Source of the DNA: Batkoa obscura | Lineage: Eukaryota | Reading direction: 5' to 3' | Assembly: GCA_030770535.1 (NCBI GenBank) | Contig: JASVEC010000018.1 | Span: 62,001 to 126,000 of the forward strand | DNA length: 64,000 nt | Part shown: positions 56,550 through 64,000 of the stretch, piece after piece | Numbering within the stretch: position 1 is the first letter of the stretch | How the letters are laid out: each line of letters starts with the position of its first letter | Made by a program: the position numbers and the translations under genes | Notes under the pieces: generated by a model | What the model was told of the DNA's origin: nothing | The model's input: the letters and a program-made list of their open reading frames with translations, nothing else | The model's database searches: none

Positions 56550-58553
56550 TTAAAATTTCTTTTTAGAGACTAATCTAGCGTATTCAATCAAAGTACGAGT
56601 AGGACGACCTAAAATAATTAATTTCAATTTCATTTATAACACTTAACATTACCTGTCATTCCTTTAGTATGATAACCAGAATCAGAAGTAGCTTCCATAA
56701 CGGCAGCAATATCCAAATGACCATAACGAGTAGGAAGTGTATCATCATCATTCCAGTCTACTGGCTCTTTAACTTCTTTATCAAGGTGAACAAATTCTCT
56801 TAAAAATGCAGCAGCAGAGCAAGATCCACCTCCATTTTTAGCTCCAATATTTTGTAAATCGGCAACATTAGTCCCAGTCATTAATGACTTATAGTATGGG
56901 TGGAAGGGCATACGCCAGAATAAATCACCTGATGTATTACTGGCTTGTTCTAATTCTTGCCATAATGAATGACGAGAGGCATAAGCTCCAGTGTAGGGAT
57001 CTCCTAAAGCTACAACAATAGCTCCAGTTAATGTAGCTACGGTAAATACAGTGTGAGGATTATAGGTAGAATTGACATGATAAAGAGTATCCGACAATAC
57101 CATACGCCCTTCAGCATCAGTATTTAATACCTAGTTATTATTAGTATAATGTATGATTTTAAATGGATGATTTACTTCAATAGTTTTTCCATTCATAGCC
57201 GTAACTACATCTCCAGGTTTAGTAGCTCTTGCAGAGGGCATGTTTTCAGCAAGGGCAATAGCAGCTCTTACATTAATTGGTAATTTAAGTTGAGCAATGG
57301 CTAATACAGATGCAGCTACAGTAGCAGCACCTCCCATATCACCTTTCATGGCATGCATATTAGAAGATGGCTTAATTGAGATACCTCCGCTATATAAAAG
57401 ATTAGTTTAAAAATTTGATAATAAATGAGTTATTTACGTATCAAAGGTAATTCCTAATAAAAATTAGTAAAGTAACCCATAAAACACTATATATAATTAC
57501 CTTTCCCGACAAAGGATAATGGTTTATCGTTAGCATTTCCACCATTGTAATGGAATTCAACAATTTTTGGTTCTTCATCAGAACCTTTAGAAACAGATAA
57601 GAAAGCACCCATTTTCTTTTCTTTAATCCATTCTTGATCACGAACATGAATTTCTAAATTATCAATTTTACTAGCTAATTTTTGAATATGTTCAGCAATA
57701 ATAGTAGGAGTAGCAAGATTAGCTGGTGAGTCCATCCAATATCTGGCTAAATTTTGAGCATTTGCAAATACTTCTCCAGTAGCCCAATCATAATCGCTAG
57801 TTAATTCCTCAACTTGAGTATCACTTTTAATTGGAGTAAAGGTAACTTCAGCTTTAGCATCTTCTGATTCAAGATGTACTTTTTGATGTGCCTTGTAGTT
57901 GTAAACACCAAGTCCAGCAGCTTCAGCAGAAGCTAAAAAAAATAAGGCTTAATAAAAAGATCAAATGTTACAAAATAACTTACTGTGTTGCCCAGAAGTA
58001 GTATCTAATCCGATATGAGTAGCACCATTAGCTTTTAATTGGCGTACACCATTACCAATCTTAAAAAAATTAGATTAATTAAATGATTTCAATTAATTTG
58101 ACTTACAGCATTACGAACACGGTCTGAAAATACAGCTTTATTTTCGGTTTTTGGACCAAAAGAAACTAAAGCTACACGAGCGATATCTCCTTCACTAAAA
58201 TGGAAAAGTTTGCTTTCTCCTAACTTACCTTTAGCACCAGATACCTTTAATAAAGACTTAAGCTTATCAATTAATCCAGAGTCAAGATGAGAAGCATCAT
58301 TAGATAATGAAAGGTCATCATAATATCCCAATACTAGAGAGTCGATTTTTTTATCAGCCATAGTAGAATACAGATTTATAAGAGAATAAGTTTGATTGTT
58401 AAAAAATTTGTGTACTCCAGTTGCACTTGAACTTGAGTTGAAAAAGGAATGATTGGTGTTGAAGTTCGATTTAAGTGTATTTATACTATTGTTAAAAAAC
58501 AATGTTTTTCCCGAATGACGAGCTAATCTCAATAAAAGTTTTGTACAACCCAT
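56550..58553 (-). CDS. M17 leucyl aminopeptidase
   Basis: [88 protein letters not shown]. Confidence 0.95.
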
Positions 58554-58979
58554 GGATTATTTACCACTTTATACAATTAAAATTTTCCCCTTTATTCAAT
58601 GTTGATGGTGTAGCTGATGATCTGTTTCCTTTTTTTATCCAATTATCCTTCTTGTTACTTTTCTTTTTTTACTTTTACGTTTTACACTGCTCATTTTTAA
58701 AGTATCTTTCAAACTATTGGTGGGATTTCAATCCATTGAAGGGATAACGTGATTTCAAGTAATTATTTTTATACTTTAAATGAATATTCAAAATTGTTAG
58801 TATAAGAATATGTGTTATACATTTTGAAAGATTACTAATACTAGATAAAAGTTATGTATAGCTTTACTTTAACCGTAATTTAACTTTATTATGGTTTAAA
58901 GTTATTACAAATGTAGTAATTTAAGCATAAATAGTACGAAATTGAAAGCTGTTTTTTCATTTCTAAATGAAGTAAAATA

Positions 58980-59078
58980 CGGAGATGTATTTTTTTGTTT
59001 AAGAGTTGGACTAACAATCTTTGCGCTTAAATAGCACTTAAAAAATGGAAAAATAGTGAAACTAAAAAAACGCCCTCA
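58980..59078 (+). mobile_element. MITE copy 7
   Basis: TA-CGGAGATGTATTTTTTTG...CTTAAATAGCACTTAAAAAATGGAAAA...AAAAAAACGCCCTCA-TA. Confidence 0.82.
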
Positions 59079-59493
59079 TATTATAAAAGATTTTATATAC
59101 ATTGAACTTGTATGTTGTAAAATATTGATGTTATTATATATGATATATATGTAATAGTATTATATACTTCAAAGTCTGTACTATTTATAATTAATCTTTT
59201 TTTTTCAAATATTTATTGAAAACTTAAAAATCTTAACTAAAATAGAATTAATTTAATTGATTTTGAGTTCTTTTATTTAATATATACTTATATACTATAA
59301 TATAATTTTATTTATTTAGTTATATTGTATATATCCTTTAAAATCATAAAATTTTATATGATTAATAATAAATATCCAATCAGCTGAAAAAAGTTACTGA
59401 CGTTGCTAAATTTTTTAAAGATTACACCTTTAATCGATATAATTTTATTTAAAAAGAAAAACATAAATCAAGTCACTATTTAATATCAACATA

Positions 59494-59595
59494 TGGGGAT
59501 GTATTTCTGTGTTCAAGAACTTTACTGACAATTTTTTCACTCAAATAACGCTTAAAAGATAGAAAAAATAATGAAGCCAAAAAAAAACACCCCCA
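59494..59595 (+). mobile_element. MITE copy 8
   Basis: TA-TGGGGATGTATTTCTG...CACTCAAATAACGCTTAAAAGATAG...AAAAAAAACACCCCCA-TA. Confidence 0.88.
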
Positions 59596-59733
59596 TATTA
59601 TATACTTCTATTCAATATGTTTTCAGCTTTAACAATAAATTTGGTTCATTTAAATTTATTAACCATCTTTAATTATTTCTTTCGCTTTTTATTGTTACTT
59701 ATTAGATTTAATTGTCATAGCATTATGAAGATA

Positions 59734-59834
59734 TGGAGATTTTTTTTTTGACTTCATTATTTTTTCTATCTTTTAAGCGTTATTTGAGTGAAAAAATTGT
59801 CAGTAAAATTCTTAAATACAAAAATACATCCCCG
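59734..59834 (-). mobile_element. MITE copy 9
   Basis: TA-TGGAGATTTTTTTTTG...TTTTAAGCGTTATTTGAGTG...CAAAAATACATCCCCG-TA. Confidence 0.88.
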
Positions 59835-59859
59835 TATCATGTTATATATGCTATATTTA

Positions 59860-60487
59860 TTAAATTGATTTATCATGAGATTCAATTGTTTTTTCTAATT
59901 CTTCATTTTTTAATTGAAGAGCAATTTGATGTAATGCTTTTTTATTATTTTCTTCAAATAACTCAATAGCTTTATTTAATAATGTGGGTGATTCAATATA
60001 ATGATTTCTGACTTGATGCTTCATAAAATTAACTTGTTCTGTTATTTCATTCAAATTTTCTGCTGCCTTTGGAATCCAATTGAGAGAAGTAACAATTTCA
60101 GGTGAGCTACTTTTATCTCGGTTTAATCTTTTTTTTAAAATATTATAAAGTTTAGGTTGTCTTTTAACAAAGGAATAAACCCAAGTTCGTCCCACTACTA
60201 CATTACCACGTAAACTAAGTAACCGATTGGCCATTTTTTTAATATCTTCATGTTTCGGTTGAACTTTTCGACTACTCAAATTACATATATGCTCTACAAT
60301 CACATTCTCTTCTAATATAGTTAATTTTTTACACCCTGGTTCACTATCTTCTTTAGACTGAATACCATTCACTCGTCGTGCTAATGTAGAACTACTTACA
60401 GAGTATAACTTTGCTGCTCTATTGATACTTAACTTTTTTATCTTCTTTAAGTGCTAACACCATGTTCTCTTTATTTGGTTTTCCCAT
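59860..60487 (-). pseudogene. pogo/Fot1-type transposase derivative lacking the DDE domain
   Basis: psq-like HTH LSINRAAKLYSVSSSTLARRVNG; CENP-B-type HTH KLTILEENVIVEHI..L..R...P....IKKMANRLL..RG...VGRTWVYSFVKRQP; joined directly to a Fot1-like C-terminal segment; 1-nt frameshift in the T6 run at 60434-60439. Confidence 0.78.
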
Positions 60488-60906
60488 TTATTGAATAATC
60501 AATTACAATAAAATGTTTTCTATAATTTTCTATAATTTTTATTTTTTAACTGTTGATTTATTATCCCCTTATTTTATCCATTATTAAATAACATTTATTT
60601 GGTTGAATGAATAATCTGGATAATCTGGGGAATTTATTAAAAGTGGAATATTTTATAAATTTAAAATATTGTTAGTAGCTAAAGAAGTTTCCCAGCTTGC
60701 ATATGGGGGTGTTCTAATTGGTTTCAGAATCTACTTAGAAATTAATCCCAAATTTAAAATTTTAAGTTTGTGTCCAATATAACAGTTAAATCTAAAAAGC
60801 CTAAAATTAAATGTCTCTATTTAAAACTTATTTTATAATAAAACAAAACAAAGAAAAGATATATTATCAAAGTTTACTATCGATAATAATAAACTTAATC
60901 AAGCAA

Positions 60907-61007
60907 TGGGGATGTATTTTTGTATTTAAGAATTTTACTAACAATCTTTCCACTCAAATAATGCTCAAAAGATGGAAAAAGTAATGAGGCCAAAAAAAAC
61001 ATCCCCA
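60907..61007 (+). mobile_element. MITE copy 10 (best-preserved TIRs)
   Basis: TGGGGATGTATTTTTG...CAAAAAAAACATCCCCA-TA. Confidence 0.9.
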
Positions 61008-61726
61008 TATATATTATAAATTTGTTTTATTCTATTTTTAAAATTATTTATTTTATTGTATCTATTAAAGCATTCACTGGTTTCAAAACCTACATGAACA
61101 ATACTATAATTTCCATTAATTTATTAACTATTTTCTTGTATTTTTATATTTTAGCTGAACATCTCATATATTTAAATTATAAATATGTCTTATCATTACA
61201 TCTTAAATGTTTAACTTTTTAGTAATAGATTCCACATCTTTTCTTGCAGACACATTATTTTTTTAACTCAATGTGGGATCACTCACATTAAACAATGAAA
61301 TTGCATGTTTAATACTTGATTTATATCTTTTTGAAATGCTTAAAGTACTAAAAGTACATTGTTTTCATTTGGTCATTTTATTATTATTGAATATTTCAAA
61401 AAAAATAGAATATCAATAGTATTGTTCATCAATTCAGAGGCATGTTACTAGTAATTAATTGGAAATTTTTAATTTTTATTAGAACTGATATCTAATAATA
61501 TTATAAGAGGTTGTTTAGTACTTTACTATTTAATTGATCAATCAATTAATCACTTGAATAAAAAAGAATTCATTTAGTTCAGTTTATTTAAACATTATTA
61601 AATAGACCAATAAAACATTCAAGACTAGTCAATTTAATGTTTTAAAAAAATCAAATGTTATAATGTTATAATAAAGTTATAAAATAAATGAATTAATTAA
61701 TTTATTAGTCGTTAAGTTAAATTTAT

Positions 61727-62401
61727 TTAATACCCATTGCACTGAGGGAGAGTAGTACTAGTACATTTTTTACCAGAAGCAAAGTTTTGAGTCCAGTATT
61801 TGTCAACTTCACCCCAACCAAAGCAATCATAATCACCAATCATATTAGCATAATGACCTTTAGATTTAGTCCAATCATCCACTACTTGTTTGATAGTTTG
61901 TTGATTCCAAGCAATATTCTCTGCACATGAGTTCCATGTATAGCCACTTAAAGTAAGACGTCCACCAAGTTCCTTAGTTTTACCATCAAATCCAGAATGG
62001 GTCATCTTCTTATTTTTGGCTTGTTCTTGAGAATGATCATGAGCTGACTTCATGAGACAATTATCAACATAAAGTGGCTTTTTACCGGCTTTAGCACGCA
62101 CAGCGTTAACGCGGCAAATCATTTCATTATCACCAGAAGGTGGGGAAGTTTCTTGTGGTGGTGGAGTCTGTGGTTGAGTAGTAGTTTCTTTAGGGACCTC
62201 ATAAGATGGAGCTGGAGCTTCAGTGGTACATTGATTAATGTAAACAGTAGAAGCAGGTTGAGAAACAGTAACAGTTACGGTTTGAATTTGTGGCTGGTAA
62301 TTACCATATTCATATTCAGGGTTTTTATTATAATGCTCACTACCAGCAACGGAAGCAATAGCAGTTAATGATAAAAAGGAATATAAACCAGAGAACTTCA
62401 T
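61727..62401 (-). CDS. Secreted CAP/SCP (PR-1-like, YkwD-type) protein with Pro/Thr-rich linker
   Basis: Signal peptide; EMICRVNAVR...L..D..L..SAHDHS.EQ...KMTH.G; AENIAWNQ; WTKSKGHYANM; YWTQNF; paralog of 20402-20995. Confidence 0.88.
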   Translation of the reverse strand: MKFSGLYSFLSLTAIASVAGSEHYNKNPEYEYGNYQPQIQTVTVTVSQPASTVYINQCTTEAPAPSYEVPKETTTQPQTPPPQETSPPSGDNEMICRVNAVRAKAGKKPLYVDNCLMKSAHDHSQEQAKNKKMTHSGFDGKTKELGGRLTLSGYTWNSCAENIAWNQQTIKQVVDDWTKSKGHYANMIGDYDCFGWGEVDKYWTQNFASGKKCTSTTLPQCNGY

Positions 62402-64000
62402 TATATTATATATTAATTAGAGAAATATAGACAGAGAGATTATTGCTGAGGGTTAAATAAAACTAAATTTTATTAAAAAAGAAAAAAGTATCATTTATAT
62501 ACCCAGTTACCATGGATATGGTACGAGAATAAAGACTGATTAAAATAGAAATTTATTTTTTAATTTCAAGAAGTACAAGTTCTTAAAATTCAATTTATTA
62601 AAGAAAAATAGTTGGTAGCTTGACTGGATCAACTTCCAAATTTAGAAAAAAAGAAATTAATCTTTTATTAAAAGTGGCTTATTTAAGTCAACATAAAACA
62701 ATTAATATATTACAAAATAATTTAAAGAGTGAAGGTATTATATATAATATATAAAGTTCGATCTACTTTATAGTAAACTTCTTCATTTTAATATATATAT
62801 AAACATTTACACTTGAAAGGGTAATACCATTAATGCTTTAAAGTGTAGTAAAATTCAATAAAGGGAAAAGACAAAGGGAAAATTATAATAAATCCATGAA
62901 CTAGGTTATAGAATATAATATAAATATTTTTAAAGTTTTTTCGAAAAGAATAAAAGGAAATTTAAGGAGTAAGTTAAGTAGAGAGAATAAAAAATTTAAT
63001 TATAAGGTAAGAGTACCCCAACTCTATGGGTTTATGTTCCATTTACTGTTTAACATAAGTTAAGTTTTGTAAGATAAAATATCACAAGTGGATGAAGAAA
63101 ATTTATTCTCCAACTTTATTTATCTTTTAAAGAATTTAATTTGAACTTTTTTTCAACTTAATTGAGAATTATGACAATATAGATACCGGTAGTTAATATT
63201 CAATGCACCATTTTTTAGATAAAAATATAGGTTTATTTATTAATTTAGTAGATATGATTTTGATATATTAAGGGTACATAGTTAATTGCATTTAAGGGTC
63301 GTCAAAATCATTCTGAAAAATAGCTAATCGTTGATAGTATGGAAACTTTGACAAGTAACTTCTCCATTAATATTTAACTCTTAAATTTCAAAAATTTAGC
63401 TCAAAAAAGAAAACGATTAATTATATAGTCTATAGCATAATAAACAACAATAAACAACAATAAAAAACATATAATTTGTTATATTTATAATATGTTGTTA
63501 AAATAATATAATAACAATAATATAATAAAATAGTAAAATAATAATATAATAAAATAGCAAAATAGTAAAATAATAAAATAAAAGCTTAATTATTTTAATA
63601 TGAAATCAGGATGCTTTTTGATAAGGAATAAAGTATATCATGCATATTTACTTCAATAAGATCTTATCAAAGAAATTCAAGTTTTTATTTTATTTATGTA
63701 AATTTAATATAAGTGATATATTTTAACTTTGTTTTCTATAAGCTAGTATTCACTAGCATTTACGTTTAAAAAATAAAACCTTTTGGCTATATGATTGGAT
63801 CTAAAATTAGCTTATATAGTTTATTTTTAAAAACAAATTAGTGATTAATAATAACATTAAGTGTTAGAAATAAACCACAAAAAAAATTCTAAGTTTTATT
63901 TTTTAGATAATATTATTAAAACATAAAATTAATAGGTTTAAAATGATGAATATTAACTTTTAGAATATGTTTTATTAAAGTATAATGACCCGTATTAATA

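Noticed and set aside
63294..63992. Possible second TIR element (TAAGGGTCGTCA ... ATGACCCGTA)
   Set aside because: Only about 7-8 matching bases, a low-complexity interior and no second copy in the window.

Overview
Gene-dense, very AT-rich eukaryotic DNA, almost certainly fungal. Most genes are split by many short GT-AG introns of about 40-60 nt. The intron style, an intronless class-A-like GPCR and secreted bacterial-type CAP proteins suggest an early-diverging fungus such as a Conidiobolus-like entomophthoralean, but this is inference only. About 32 protein-coding genes can be read, mostly housekeeping: PIG-H, GRX3/4, CSL4, CSN7, type II NADH dehydrogenase, UBC4, PXMP4, THG1, NIP7, ATP20, beta-carbonic anhydrase, GCN5, RSM27, an FHA kinase, uL15, SHMT, BNA6, kinesin-7, eL29, a CHORD protein, MAM33, DNMT2 and an M17 aminopeptidase. 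There is also one tRNA-Gly(TCC). The less ordinary content is: (1) ten copies of a ~100-bp TA-flanked MITE, one of which splits a codon of an HMG-box pseudogene; (2) a pogo/Fot1-derived ORF lacking its DDE domain and bracketed by inverted MITE copies; (3) an intronless ORF with four BED zinc fingers that runs off the left edge and is absent from the ORF track; (4) 4-8 nt micro-exons inside conserved motifs; (5) a long hairpin in the oversized first intron of uL15. Spliced gene ends were read by eye and may be off by a few nt. No database searches were run.
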